Source: an uncultured Chloroflexia bacterium
GTDB taxonomy: Bacteria; Chloroflexota; Anaerolineae; B4-G1; SLSP01
Direction of reading: 5' to 3'
DNA length: 59,702 nucleotides
Assembly: GCA_963751345.1 (NCBI GenBank)
Contig: CAVVUS010000025.1
Coordinates: forward strand, 1-59,702
Each line of letters starts with the position of its first letter. The stretch's first letter is position 1. Below the pieces are notes generated by a model. It was not told the origin of the DNA and ran no database searches. It worked only from the letters and a program-made list of their open reading frames with translations. Positions 11,139 through 21,937 of the stretch are shown here, in pieces. Both the position numbers and the translations under genes were made by a program.

Positions 11139-11205
11139 CATAGTGAGCTGATCCGCGGGTACAGCCCGACCCGCCCGGTGCATCATCCCGGTACCAGCAA
11201 AGACG

Positions 11206-11324
11206 GTGGACCGCGGGCGAGACCTCACTTGAGGCTGCGCTCAGGACAGGCTGCCCGCGGTCCACTATTGGCGCCCACCTGGCGTCCTTAGCTTGATGCC
11301 TATGGGCGAGGACGCCCGCGGTCC
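11206..11324. repeat. REP-like inverted repeat cluster (GGACCGCGGGC/GCCCGCGGTCC)
   Basis: 13-bp perfect inverted repeat at 11206-11218 and 11253-11265, plus a third copy GGGCGAGGACGCCCGCGGTCC at 11304-11324. Confidence 0.6.
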
Positions 11325-11378
11325 GTCATCGCTGGCCGTCTCCCCCTTCCTGATGTGCACCCCCAGGTGCAGCCTGCT

Positions 11379-11406
11379 TTGACGCGCGGAGGGGCCAGAC
11401 TATCAT
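11379..11406 (+). promoter_or_regulatory. sigma70-type promoter
   Basis: TTGACG-16 bp-TATCAT, 34 bp upstream of ATG 11440. Confidence 0.5.
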
Positions 11407-11439
11407 GGGTACAGCGCGTTCGGCAACAGGAGGTCAGGG

Positions 11440-12864
11440 ATGATGCAAGCATCAGCTTTCCACGGCCCACTCAGGGCGCACCCGAGGAATCCACGGTACT
11501 TCACCGACGATGGCGAGAGGGCCATCTACCTCACCGGATCCCATACGTGGGCAAATCTGCAGGACATCGGCTTAGCCGGCGGTCCCCCTTTCCCCTATCA
11601 GGAATATCTCGACTTCATGGAGGCCCACCATCACAACTTTATGCGCTTCTGGATGTTCGAGCAGCCGGAGCGCGCCTCGTGGACCGAGGTTCCCATCGTC
11701 TTCGATCCACTGCCATGGGTACGCACGGGTCCCGGACTCGCGACCGACGGCAAGCTTAAGTTCGATCTGACCGTCTTCGACGAGGTCTATTTCGCCCGCA
11801 TGCGGGAGCGCATCATTGCCGCCGGACAGCGTGGCATCTATTGTGCGGTGATGCTTTTCCAGGGCTGGAGCCTGCACCGGACGGACGCGGAGTTCGGCGA
11901 TCCCTGGCCCGTCCACCCCTTCAACGCCGCAAACAACGTCAATGGCATCGACGTGCCCTACACAGCCGAGGATGACGACGAGCACGCGTGCCTGCACAGT
12001 CTCAAGGTACCCGACGTCCTGGGCCTGCCAGGAAGCCTACGTCCGCAAGGTGGTCGACACCGTGAACGACCTCGACAACGTGTTGTACGAGATCATCAAC
12101 GAGGGCGGCGCGACGGCGTGGCAGATCCACATGATCGACCTCGTCCACCGGATCGAGCGCGCCAAAGCCAAACAGCACCCGGTCGGGAATGACCTATCGC
12201 TTCAGGCCGAGGCAGTACAACAGCGAGCTCTTCGAGAGCCCGGCGGAGTGGATCTCACCGGCGAATGAGCCGCCAAGCTGGGCGGTGCCCAGGGGCAGCC
12301 TTCCTTGAGGATTACCAGAACGATCCCCCACCGGCCGACGGCAGAAAGGTGGTTCTCAACGACACGGATCACATCTGGGGCCACGGCGGCAACCCGACGT
12401 GGGTCTGGAAGAGCTTCTTGCGCGGCCTGAACCCGATCTTCATGGATCCTTGGTGGCCGCTGTACATCGAGTCCGATCCTGCAGTGACGCCGTGGACCTT
12501 CGTCGGAGGCATCAGCAAGGACCAACGGGATTACCCGGACTGGGAGCCGACGCGCCGGGCCATGGGTGACACACGGCGCTATGCCGAGAGGATGGATCTG
12601 GCTGCGATGATCCCACAGCCTGGGCTGGCATCGACGCGTTACTGCCTTGCCAACGTCGGGTCCGAGTACCTGGTCTATCTGCCCGAAGGGGGCAGCGTGA
12701 CGCTGAATCTGTGCAGGGCTGAAGGCGAATTCGCCGTCGAGTGGTTCTTCCCGAGGCTGGGCCGGACGTATCCGGGTAAGCCGCCTCTCCGCGGCGGCGA
12801 TTACGTCGTCGCCACGGCACCCTTCACGGGAGACGCGGTGTTGTATCTCAAGAAGGTCACATAG
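11440..12864 (+). CDS. Putative glycoside hydrolase (DUF6298/DUF4038-like TIM barrel plus C-terminal beta domain), frameshifted
   Basis: NPRYFTD...YLTGSHTW...YVRKVVDTVNDLDNVLYEIINE...DTDHIWG...WKSFLRGLNPIFMD...EYLVYLP...VEWF...GDAVLYL across three ORFs. Confidence 0.7.
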
Positions 12865-12911
12865 GGCTAAAGAGCGGTCTGAAGAACCCCAGGCGGGGGG
12901 GAGGCTGACAG

Positions 12912-14459
12912 ATGGCAGACGTGATCGTAGAGACCACGGCGGGCAAGGTGCGCGGCGTGGCGGCGGACGGTGTGCACGTCTTCAAGGGTATACCGTATGG
13001 TGGGCCGACGGGAGGGCGCCGGCGCTTTATGCCGCCAACGCAGCCCGCGCCCTGGACCGGCGTCCGAGACGCCCTGCACTACGGGCCCGACTGCCCACAA
13101 CCGAGGGGCAGCGTCCTGAACATCGCGCCGCAGATATCCGCGGTCTTTGGCAAGGCCGAATCACGCCCGGAAAGCGAAGACTGTCTCGTCATCAACGTAT
13201 GGACGCCCAACCCGGGTACCGGCAAGCGCCCGGTGATGTTCTGGTGCCACGGGGGCGGCTTCTTTGTCGGGTCGAGCTCAGGCGGATGGTACGACGGGAC
13301 GGCGCTCGCCCGCCACGGCGACGTTGTCATCGTGACTATGAACCACCGGCTTGGTCCTCTGGGCTACCTCCACCTCGCCGACCTCATCGGCCCTGCCTAT
13401 ACCGCGTCGGGCAATGCCGGTATGCTCGACCTCGTCGCGGCGCTGCAATGGGTGCACGACAACATTGCGGCCTTCGGGGGCGATCCGGACAATGTGACGA
13501 TCTTCGGCGAATCCGGTGGCGGCGCGAAGGTCAGCATGCTGCTGGCGATGCCTGCGGCCCGCGGCCTCTTCCACAAAGCCATTATCCAGAGCGGACCCGG
13601 GATACATATGCGCTCGCGGGACGTCGCAGCACAGGATGCGGCAAAGCTGCTGGCCAAGCTGGGCATTCGTCATGACGACGCCAGAGCCCTCCACGATGTG
13701 CCCGCCGACAGGCTCATCGCCGCGCAGGCCAGCTTGCACAAACTGAATCCGTACTACCTCCTGGAGCCGGTCGTGGACGGCGAAATCCTCCCCCGGGCGC
13801 CCTTCGAACCAACGGCCCCCGAGATCTCGGCTGACGTCCCGCTGATCATCGGTACCAACAAGGACGAGGCGACCCTCTTCGGCGGGCGCATTCCGCTGGT
13901 CGGCACCTTCAGCGGAGACTCGTGGCTTACGCCCATGGCGGTCAGACTCATCACGGGGATCATAGGCGGCAGAGCCGCCCCGCGCATCCTGGATGCCTAC
14001 CGGAATGATCAGCCCGAGGCAGCCTACCGGGAGCGATTCTCCAGCATGATGACCGATTTCACCATGCGCATGGGCTCGATCCGCATGGCCGAACGCAAGG
14101 CCGGCGGGGGATCGGCCCCGGTCTATATGTACGTGTTTGCGTGGGAATCACCGGCACTGGACGGCAAGCTTCGGTCGACTCACGCGCTGGATGTGCCCTT
14201 CGTCTTCAACAATGTGGCCCTCGCGCCCACGATAACCGGCGACCTTCCGGAAGCCTACGCTCTAGCCGAGATCGTGAGTCAGGCATGGATCGCGTTTGCG
14301 CGAGACGGGAACCCGTGCCACGCCGGCTTGCCAACGTGGCCTGCGTACGAACTCGAAAAACGGGCTACGATGATATTCGATAGGGAGTGCCGCGTAGAAC
14401 TCGATCCCGGTCGGGAGCAGCGGCTGGCTTGGGAGGGCGTACGGCTGTGGACGATGTGA
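12912..14459 (+). CDS. Type-B carboxylesterase (p-nitrobenzyl esterase-like)
   Basis: [34 protein letters not shown]. Confidence 0.93.
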   Translation: MADVIVETTAGKVRGVAADGVHVFKGIPYGGPTGGRRRFMPPTQPAPWTGVRDALHYGPDCPQPRGSVLNIAPQISAVFGKAESRPESEDCLVINVWTPNPGTGKRPVMFWCHGGGFFVGSSSGGWYDGTALARHGDVVIVTMNHRLGPLGYLHLADLIGPAYTASGNAGMLDLVAALQWVHDNIAAFGGDPDNVTIFGESGGGAKVSMLLAMPAARGLFHKAIIQSGPGIHMRSRDVAAQDAAKLLAKLGIRHDDARALHDVPADRLIAAQASLHKLNPYYLLEPVVDGEILPRAPFEPTAPEISADVPLIIGTNKDEATLFGGRIPLVGTFSGDSWLTPMAVRLITGIIGGRAAPRILDAYRNDQPEAAYRERFSSMMTDFTMRMGSIRMAERKAGGGSAPVYMYVFAWESPALDGKLRSTHALDVPFVFNNVALAPTITGDLPEAYALAEIVSQAWIAFARDGNPCHAGLPTWPAYELEKRATMIFDRECRVELDPGREQRLAWEGVRLWTM

Positions 14460-14516
14460 GGCACGGCGGCTCCCAGACAAGGGTGGCCGCCGTGCTTATT
14501 GCGCCGGGCAGGTTGC

Positions 14517-15635
14517 CTAGCCCTCGAACCTATACTTCTCCACCACATCCATATTGAGTGCGGCGCCCAGGCCCGGCTTTGTGGGCAACTGCAGATACCC
14601 CTTCTCGATCACCGGGGGATCGGTCAGCAGGTCATTGCGCCAGGCGGGATCCTGCTCGTCGTCGACGTACTCCAGCAACAGCCCGTTGGGAATGTTGGCC
14701 ATCACCTGAAGACTGGCCAGCGTGGAAATAGGGCTGTTGGGGTTGTGCGGGGCGACGTGCATATAGTAGCTCTCGGCCATCGATGCGATCTTCTTGGTCT
14801 CGGCGATGCCGCCGCAGCGCACCACGTCGGGCATGATCATGTCGACGGCTTGAGCCGCAATCAGGTCGCGGAATCCGAAGCGGGTGTAGCGTCGCTCGCC
14901 CGTGCAGATGGGCGTGTTGGTTGCGGCGCGGACCTTCGCCATCTCCTCGATGTTCTCCGGCGGCACGGGCTCCTCAAAGAAGAGCAGCCCGACCTCCTCT
15001 AGACGGTTCGCCATCCGGATGGCCGCGCTGGTCGTGTAGCGGGCTTGAGCGTCGTGACAGAGATCCACACCGTCGCCGACAACCCTGCGGCATTCCTTCA
15101 GATGCGCCAATGCCGCGAGTTCCTCGGCCAAGGTGACCGATCTCGGCCCGCCGATGCGCTCACCACGTGGTCGCGGTCCCACCGGGAAGTAGGCCTTGAT
15201 CGCGGTCACACCTTTCTCAGCCAGATGAGCACAGGCGTCAGGCGTGCTGGCGTGGCTGTAGACGCGTACCTGCTCGCGCACCGGGCCACCTAGGAGATCG
15301 TAGATCGGGCGTCCCGTCGCCTGGCCAACGATATCCCAGAGGGCGATCTCGATGCCGCTGATGGCGGCGATGATGGCCCCCGTCTGGCCGATCTGGTTGA
15401 GCGCGATGTACATCCGGTTGTAGAGCAGTTCGATGTGAAACGGATCCTGCCCGATCACGAGCCGGCTCAGCTCCTCGATGGCCTGTTTGATGATGGTGCC
15501 GCCGGGCCAGTTGGTGGCGTCCCCCAACCCGATAAGGCCCTCGTCGGTGAAGACCTGGACCAGCACCCACGGCGAGGGGATCGTCGTGTCCCTGCGCGTT
15601 TGCACAAGATGAACCTTGATATCGGTGATCTTCAT
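14517..15635 (-). CDS. Enolase-superfamily acid-sugar dehydratase
   Basis: MKITDIK, SGIEIALWDIVG, FFEEP, TGER, MPDVVRCGG, APHNPNSP. Confidence 0.9.
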   Translation of the reverse strand: MKITDIKVHLVQTRRDTTIPSPWVLVQVFTDEGLIGLGDATNWPGGTIIKQAIEELSRLVIGQDPFHIELLYNRMYIALNQIGQTGAIIAAISGIEIALWDIVGQATGRPIYDLLGGPVREQVRVYSHASTPDACAHLAEKGVTAIKAYFPVGPRPRGERIGGPRSVTLAEELAALAHLKECRRVVGDGVDLCHDAQARYTTSAAIRMANRLEEVGLLFFEEPVPPENIEEMAKVRAATNTPICTGERRYTRFGFRDLIAAQAVDMIMPDVVRCGGIAETKKIASMAESYYMHVAPHNPNSPISTLASLQVMANIPNGLLLEYVDDEQDPAWRNDLLTDPPVIEKGYLQLPTKPGLGAALNMDVVEKYRFEG

Positions 15636-15787
15636 AGTCGTGTGACTCCCTTCGGTGAACGACTTGGTAAGGGCCAACGTTCGTCCAGTATAGGCCGAAC
15701 CCTGGGATCCACACGCACAGCACCGATGGGATGGCCCACACCATCCGAATGCGCTACAATGTAGACCATGTAGCCATGCTGCGGCGG

Positions 15788-16012
15788 CTAGTGTGAGGGC
15801 TCAGGGCATTCCCTTGGGCACGAGGGCGTGCCACTGAGGACAGACGTAGCCCTCCGGATGAGTCGCGCAACGAGAGCCGGCCGGTCGATGTGGCTAGGGT
15901 GAGGTGACAAATCGACATTAGCCATCCGTACCAGTCGTAATGCTTCTGCAGCCTTGAGGGCTTCACGTTGGCGGTCCTTTGACATTTCGGCGAAATACAT
16001 CATCTGCAACAT
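15788..16012 (-). CDS. Small hypothetical protein divergent from the LuxR-ATPase regulator
   Basis: RBS AAGGGAG; helical N-terminus MMYFAEMSKDRQREALKAAEALRLVR. Confidence 0.5.
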   Translation of the reverse strand: MLQMMYFAEMSKDRQREALKAAEALRLVRMANVDLSPHPSHIDRPALVARLIRRATSVLSGTPSCPRECPEPSH

Positions 16013-16071
16013 CTGGTCACACTCCCTTAGAGCGACTATTCATCTTCTACCCTTAGTCTAGGTGCAACCAG

Positions 16072-16100
16072 GTGGGGACGTCACCCCCCGAAAGTGGGGA
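16072..16100. promoter_or_regulatory. Candidate operator repeats in the divergent promoter region
   Basis: GTGGGGA at 16072 and 16094 (22-bp period) with an inverted TCACCCCC between them. Confidence 0.35.
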
Positions 16101-16135
16101 ACCGGGAGGGGAAACTGCGTAACGTCGATGGCCCA

Positions 16136-18493
16136 ATGAACAGCACGATTCACGATGCCCCATTCGATCCGCTCACGGAGCGCGAACTGACAGTACTGCG
16201 CTTGCTGGCCGAGGGGATGTCCAATCAGGAGATCGCGCAGGCGCTCTTCGTCGCACCGGGCACGGTCAAGTGGTACAACAAGCTGATCTACAGTAAGCTC
16301 GGGGTCCACAGTCGCACCCAGGCTGTTGCCCGAGCCCAAGCTCTCGCACTGCTTCACCCGCCGACCAGAGAGGCCAGTTCGGCCAGACCCTCCCCCACCC
16401 ACAACCTGCCGGCCCAGGTCACATCATTCGTCGGCCGAGCGTCCGCGATCGCCGACTGAAGGGAACTGCTGATCAGAGCACCGGCTCGTCACCCTCACCG
16501 GACCTCCCGGTGCAGGCAAGACGCGGCTGGCTATCGAGATCGCCCGACCGATCGTGCCGATTGGTTTGACGATGGCGTCTGTTTCGTGGAACTGGCGGCG
16601 ATCGGTGCTCCCGAAGGCCTTGTCTGACTCGCGCTGGCACAAGCTTTGGGTGTGATAGAGATAGGCCGGCGGCCGCTTCTGGAGACACTCAAGCGAGTCC
16701 TCGGCAGGAAGCATCGTGCTGCTGGTGCTGGACAGCTTCGAGCATATCGTCGGCGCCGCCCCAGCGTCGGGGATCTACTTGCCGCGGCACCTCGCCTGAG
16801 CGTCCTTGCTAACAAGCCGCGAAGTGCTGCGCATCTACGGGGAGCACGAGTATCCTGTCCTTCCCCTAGCGCTGCCCGATCCGGTCACGTGGGTGACCTG
16901 AAGGGGCTGGCCCAGGTGGAGGCCGTGCAACTCTTCGTCCAACGCGCTCGGGCGGTACAGGCCGGCTTTGAGCTCACAAACGACAACGCAGCTGCCGATT
17001 GCCGAGCTCTGCGTGCGACTGGATGGGCTCCCTCTGGCGATTGAGCTGGCCGCTGCGCGCGTATCGGATGCTGCCGCCTCAGGAGCTAGCGCTTCGCCTG
17101 ACGCAGCGGTTCTCGTTACTGACGAGCCAGATACGCGACCTGCCGCCACGGCACCGGACCCTCCACGCCACGATTGACTGGAGCTACGATCTGCTCGAGC
17201 CCGACCGAGAAAGCAGCTCTTCGCCCGGCTTGAGCGTCTTCCGCGGCGGATGTACGGTGGAGTCGGCTGAGCCGTCATGTGCGGCAGGACCTCTGGGAGG
17301 ATGTCCTCACCGGGGTGGAATCGCTGCTCGACGAAGAGCCTGCTGAACCTGGAAGAAGGCCCGGAGGGCGCGCAGCGGTTCTCGATGCTCGAGACGCTCC
17401 AGGCCTACGCGCGCGAGCGGCTGGAGAGGCAGGGCGGTGCGGAGGCCTTGCAACGAGCTCACGCGGCCTACTTCACCGGCCTTGCTGCCGAAGCCGATCC
17501 CGAACTGCGGGGGGGCGCCAGCAGGCTCATTGGTTCGCGACGGCTGCGCGCGGAACGTACAACCTGAGAAGTGCACTAACCTGGACGCTGGACGGGGCGG
17601 ACATCGAGCTGGGCCTGCAGCTTGCCGGTGCGCTCGCCAACTTCTGGTATGATGAGGGCCAGATCGGCGAAGGGGTCTCGGGTGGACAGAGACGAGCGCT
17701 GTCGTTGAGCACCGGGGCCAGCCCCCTCTACGCGCCAAACTCCTCATTGCGCGCGGGCGAGCTTTGCTTCGCTCAAGGAGCCTATGAAAAAGGCCGGAAG
17801 CTGGCGCAGGATCAGGCCATGCAGCTCTATCGTTCCGTAGGGGACGCAGGGCGAATGCGGCGTGGGCAATGGTCATCCTGGCGCACACGCTATGGCTTTA
17901 CCCCGAGGAGCGCAGGCAGGGCGTCGCTCTGTGCGAGGAGGCTCTGGCAGTCGTTCAGGGACTGAATCATCCGGCGGGAAAGGCGCGAGCGCTGCTTGTA
18001 CTGGGCGAATTGGCGCGGTTGGACGGGAGACTACGGGCGTGCCCGCGAGGTGTATGAGGAGGCGCTGGAGCTGTATCGGCAGATTGGCGACGGCGGCGCA
18101 GGGGATAGTGCTATCGAATCTAGGGCTGGCGGCGCAGATGCAGGGCAAACCGAGCGGGCACACAGACTGTCCACGCAAGGCGATCGAGCTGCTTGAGCGG
18201 CGGCGGATCGGACTACTTCCTGGCGTTTGGCCTGGCGGGTCTCGCCGGTCCTGTGGCGGCCCAGGGAAACCCAGAGCGAGCCGCGCGGCTATCTGGGTGC
18301 GGCCGAGTATGTTCTGGAGAACCTGGGCGTCGATTACCAGCCCGCCGACCGACCCGCGATCCGGCGCTATGCGGCCCAGATACGCAGCGCAGTTGGATCC
18401 AGAGCCTGCTCGATTGCGTGGGCGGAAGGCCGGGCGATGTCGCTTCAGGAGGCTGTCGCCTACGCGTTGGGGCAGGATGGCCGGACCTGGTGA
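16136..18493 (+). CDS. N-terminal LuxR HTH + STAND (NB-ARC-like) ATPase + TPR regulator, heavily frameshifted
   Basis: LTERELTVLRLLAEGMSNQEIA...IYSKLGV; HNLPAQVTSFVGR; Walker A TGPPGAGKTRLA; LDGLPLAIELAAAR; RHRTLHATIDWSYDLL; RFSMLETLQAYA; TPR-like helices; GRAMSLQEAVAYAL. Confidence 0.85.
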
Positions 18494-18603
18494 CGAGCGT
18501 CACTGTGGTTTCGCCCATTCCCGGAAGGTAAGGCTCGGTTCCCACCACGCCGCGTGAGCTGACCAGACCAAGAAACTCCTGAGGGACAGTGTCAGCCAAC
18601 ACA

Positions 18604-18643
18604 CCCCTCCCTCTCCTGCGCTGACGCACCGGAGAGGAAGGGG
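18604..18643. terminator. GC-rich hairpin between convergent genes (terminator or REP-like)
   Basis: CCCCTCCCTCTCC-TGCG ctga CGCA-cc-GGAGAGGAAGGGG. Confidence 0.5.
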
Positions 18644-18679
18644 CTGAGTATAGTCTACCTACTCAAGATGGGAATGCCG

Positions 18680-20350
18680 TCAGAGATCCCGCATCACCAG
18701 CGGCAGGAAGACGCGCGACCTCACCACCCGGGTCACATCGACCACGCTAAGCGTCAGCGTCGGACTCACCGTCGACGTCGCCGTGACGGTCGTGGTGTCG
18801 ACTACAACGCCGGCGCCGGGACCGGCGGGCACGGAGACGGTGACCGTCACGGTCATCAGCTCGCCGGCGGCCAGGGCGACCGGTGACGTCGTGGGAAGCC
18901 CATCCTTCGACAGCGTCACGCCCGCCCACCCCTGGACATCGGACCAGGTAATGGCGTAGGTGTCGCTGACAGTTGCCGGTGTTTCGCAGCCTGTGGGTGT
19001 AGATGGCCTGTGCGCCGGGCATGGTGAGCGTCGACAGGCCGGCGGGTTGGAAGGTGAAGGCCGTGACGCTCGGTGCTGTGATCCCGTGCGGTCCGGCCCC
19101 TGTCGGCACCGTGGTGTGACACACCACGCAGCTATCGAGTGGGCCGTTGTGTCCCTGCCACCCGACAAACTTGATGCTGTCCGTGACCACGCGGCTCGGG
19201 CGCGATGGCGTGAGGGCTGTCGTGACAGCCCTCGCAGTAGACGTCCCCGTGGCCCGACGACATGGCGGTAGAGCGCGGCGTTCTGGGCGTAAGCGCTGCC
19301 GTGACAGGGCAGCTGCAGCATCGCAGCGCGGCTCCTGCAGCCAGGGCTCTGCTTTCTGCGCGAGCTGCTGCAGCGTGCCGTGGCAGTCGATGCAAGTCAT
19401 GTCGTGCTTCCAGGACATCACACCGCGCAGACACTGGGTCTTCGGGCCCGGATGGCACTTGTAACAGTCCTCCAGCGTACTGGACATCTCCTCGGCGTGC
19501 TTCCCATGCATCGCGATCGAGACGTCCGGTAGGCCGGGCACGCCGGCGATGCCCAGCGCATTGCTGCCGTGACAGTCGGCGCACTGGACCGGAGCATTTG
19601 CCACGAGGCCGCCCGACCATCCCGGCGGATAGTCCTCGGCGTTCTCCTGGTCGTGCAGCGTCAGGATGTTCAACTCGACCGAACCCGTCGAGATGCCCTC
19701 GACGCCACCATCGTGGTGACAGTCGTCGCAGTTCATCTCGGTGGAGACGGGCACCGTCGGCTGCGTCTCCGCCAGCTTCTTGCCCGTGGCGACATCCCAC
19801 ACGGTCACGATGCCGAGCTGATAGGGATTGGGGGTGGGATTGGACGGATTGGCCTGATAGGCGCTGTCCGTGTACTCGGTGAGTGGGATGAACTCGGCAA
19901 CGAAGTGGTCGCCATCCAGCTTCATCGCACCCGACAGCCCAAAGCCGGCGATGCCCACATTGGGCGTGACACTCCAACCCAGGTGCGCAGCATAATCCCA
20001 GAAGTTGGATTTGCCCACGGAGTAGGTGTTGTCAACGATGGCGTAGGTGACGGTGATGCCGGTGGTGACGATCTCAGGGCGGATTCGCCCAGCTTGATAA
20101 CCTGGGCCCAGATAGTGTTGGCCGGGGGCAGGATGCTGAGGTACCGGAAGTTTGCATTGTAGCAGTGCATCCCTAGGTCGTTCCAGGCCAACACGACGTA
20201 GCCGGGGTCGGTCAGCTCGTTGGTCGCACCAGCCTGCGCTTTGGATTGCAGGGGTGCTGCGAGAAGGAGAAACAGACCGAGGATACCTATAACCCCGACT
20301 GCCAGTCCAATGATCCACGTCGTACGAGGGAAGCGGTGATGAAGCATCAT
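18680..20350 (-). CDS. Secreted multiheme c-type cytochrome (6 CxxCH plus a probable extended seventh) with C-terminal Ig-like domain and FLPLVMR motif; frameshifted
   Basis: Signal peptide; VLAWNDLGMHC; CDDCH, CADCH, CYKCH, CIDCH, CEGCH, CVVCH, plus CDAAA..CH across a frameshift; TQCLRG; YTHRLRNTGN..DTYAI; ends RVFLPLVMRDL*. Confidence 0.88.
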
Positions 20351-20426
20351 ATCGACCTCCTTTCGAGGAGAAAACGGTATGGTGCGGGGAACATAAACCA
20401 GAAGCTGCCCGCCTCAGCTTATCCCC

Positions 20427-20455
20427 ATGATATGCGGAATTCCGAATATCGTCAA
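20427..20455 (-). promoter_or_regulatory. Promoter of the cytochrome gene with a palindromic operator in the spacer
   Basis: Minus strand TTGACG-17 bp-TATCAT; palindrome GATATgCGGAATTCCGaATATC at 20429-20450. Confidence 0.65.
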
Positions 20456-20475
20456 TGATCTGACAGGACCCGGCG

Positions 20476-20736
20476 TCAACCTGCTTGGGCCGTCCACATC
20501 TCCTGAAACAGCCCGTCGACAGAGACCAACGACGCAAAATCGCCATCCTGCACGACCCGCCCTTCGTCGAGCACCAGGATCCGATCCGCGCCCTGAACCG
20601 TCTGGAGCCGGTGGGCGATGACGATGGCGAGCATTTTGTCCACCTTGCGCCTCGATGCCCTATGAGGAGACTTGGTGCGATAGAGAGGACAAAGACCAAC
20701 CCGAGGAAGACGGCAAAGAGCGTGCGATCATACCGC
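20476..20736 (-). pseudogene. Remnant of an ABC exporter (one TM helix fragment joined to the NBD C-terminus)
   Basis: TLFAVFLGLVFVLSIAPSLLIG followed, in another frame, by MLAIVIAHRLQTVQGADRILVLDEGRVVQDGDFASLVSVDGLFQEMWTAQAG* (H-loop). No Walker A/B. Confidence 0.75.
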
Positions 20737-21876
20737 TCACCAATTCGTCACCGACCCGTCGAGCCGCTTGAGGTGCGGCAGCTCCGCCATTTGCATCGGG
20801 TGTGCTTTGGCGGCCTCGCGGTCGAAGACGACGCCCAGGCCCGCCATCTGCGGCGCCAGGAGGTAGCCATCCTCCCACTTCGGCTGGACCGGGACCACGT
20901 CGGTGAGCACGGTGCCGGTCTTGCGCGGCTGCTCCTGCACGCCCACCAGCGGTGAGGCGAGGTTGAGTTGCAGGCACGCTGCCGAGGAGATGGGACCCAG
21001 CGGATTGTGGACCGCCAGCTTGATGTAGTGCGTCTCGGCCCAGCCCGCGATCTTGCGCGCCTCGGTGAACCCACCCGCGATGCAGAGGTCGATCCGCGCG
21101 TAGTCGATCCACTCCTCCTCGATCAACTGGCGGAACTCCCACTTGGAGCTGAACTGCTCCCCCGCGGCCAGCGGGACGGTCGTGCGACCTCGTAGGGTCT
21201 TGAACGAGTCGGGGTTCTCGGAGCGCAGCGGATCCTCCATAAAGAAAGGCCGCACGGCCTCGGCTTCCTGGCATAGCCAAAGGGCGTCGGGCAGGTCGAG
21301 ACGCGTATGGACGTCGAAGCAGATCTCGATGTCGTCGCCCACGGCATCGCGCACGGCGTGGAGCTGCTTGATCGCGGTGAGGACTGCCTGACGCGGCTCC
21401 AGGATCGTGCCACCCTCCGGCAGCCCGAAGCGCACGAACTTCCACCCCTCGGCCTTGGTCTGCAGACAGGAGTCAACAAGAGGGCCGACCTCGGTCGCGT
21501 GGCTGCGGTTGTGCGGGTAGCAGACCACTTTGTCGCGCGCCAGCCCGCCCAGCAGCTCGTAGACGGGGACGCCGAGAGCCTTGCCCTTGATATCCCATAG
21601 CGCGATGTCGATCGCCGAGATTGCTGAGGTCAGGATTCGCTGAGCAGGGAAAAAGCCACCGCGGAAGAGCTTCTGCCAGATGTACTCGGTCCGGAACGGG
21701 TCCTCGCCGATCAGCAACGGCTTGAAATGCTCGATCGCACCCATCACGGCGAGCTCGCGCCCGGTGATCCCGGCCTCTCCCACGCCGTTGTAGCCCTGAT
21801 CGGTGTCAACGACGACGAACAGGAAGTTCCGAAAGCCTCCCCAAACGGGATACATCTCGATGTTGGTGATCTTCAT
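20737..21876 (-). CDS. Enolase-superfamily acid-sugar dehydratase (mannonate/galactonate dehydratase-like)
   Basis: SAIDIALWDIKGKALG, FDVHTRL, FFMEDP, AGEQ, VHNPLGP. Confidence 0.9.
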   Translation of the reverse strand: MKITNIEMYPVWGGFRNFLFVVVDTDQGYNGVGEAGITGRELAVMGAIEHFKPLLIGEDPFRTEYIWQKLFRGGFFPAQRILTSAISAIDIALWDIKGKALGVPVYELLGGLARDKVVCYPHNRSHATEVGPLVDSCLQTKAEGWKFVRFGLPEGGTILEPRQAVLTAIKQLHAVRDAVGDDIEICFDVHTRLDLPDALWLCQEAEAVRPFFMEDPLRSENPDSFKTLRGRTTVPLAAGEQFSSKWEFRQLIEEEWIDYARIDLCIAGGFTEARKIAGWAETHYIKLAVHNPLGPISSAACLQLNLASPLVGVQEQPRKTGTVLTDVVPVQPKWEDGYLLAPQMAGLGVVFDREAAKAHPMQMAELPHLKRLDGSVTNW

Positions 21877-21887
21877 AACAGCCTCCT

Positions 21888-21930
21888 TTGAACGTTTGAA
21901 CGTGAAAACGTTTCAACGTTCAAACGTTAA
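21888..21930. repeat. Palindromic octamer tandem array (AACGTNNN x5)
   Basis: AACGTTTG AACGTGAA AACGTTTC AACGTTCA AACGTTAA. Confidence 0.8.
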
Positions 21931-21937
21931 CTGCGGA

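Noticed and set aside
16136-18493. Avs-type antiphage STAND system
   Set aside because: The effector is a LuxR HTH rather than a nuclease or other toxic domain; the architecture fits transcriptional regulators.
18747-20699. 650-aa ORF as the full cytochrome
   Set aside because: Its N-terminal ~200 aa read through the ABC remnant and promoter out of frame. The real start with signal peptide is at 20350.
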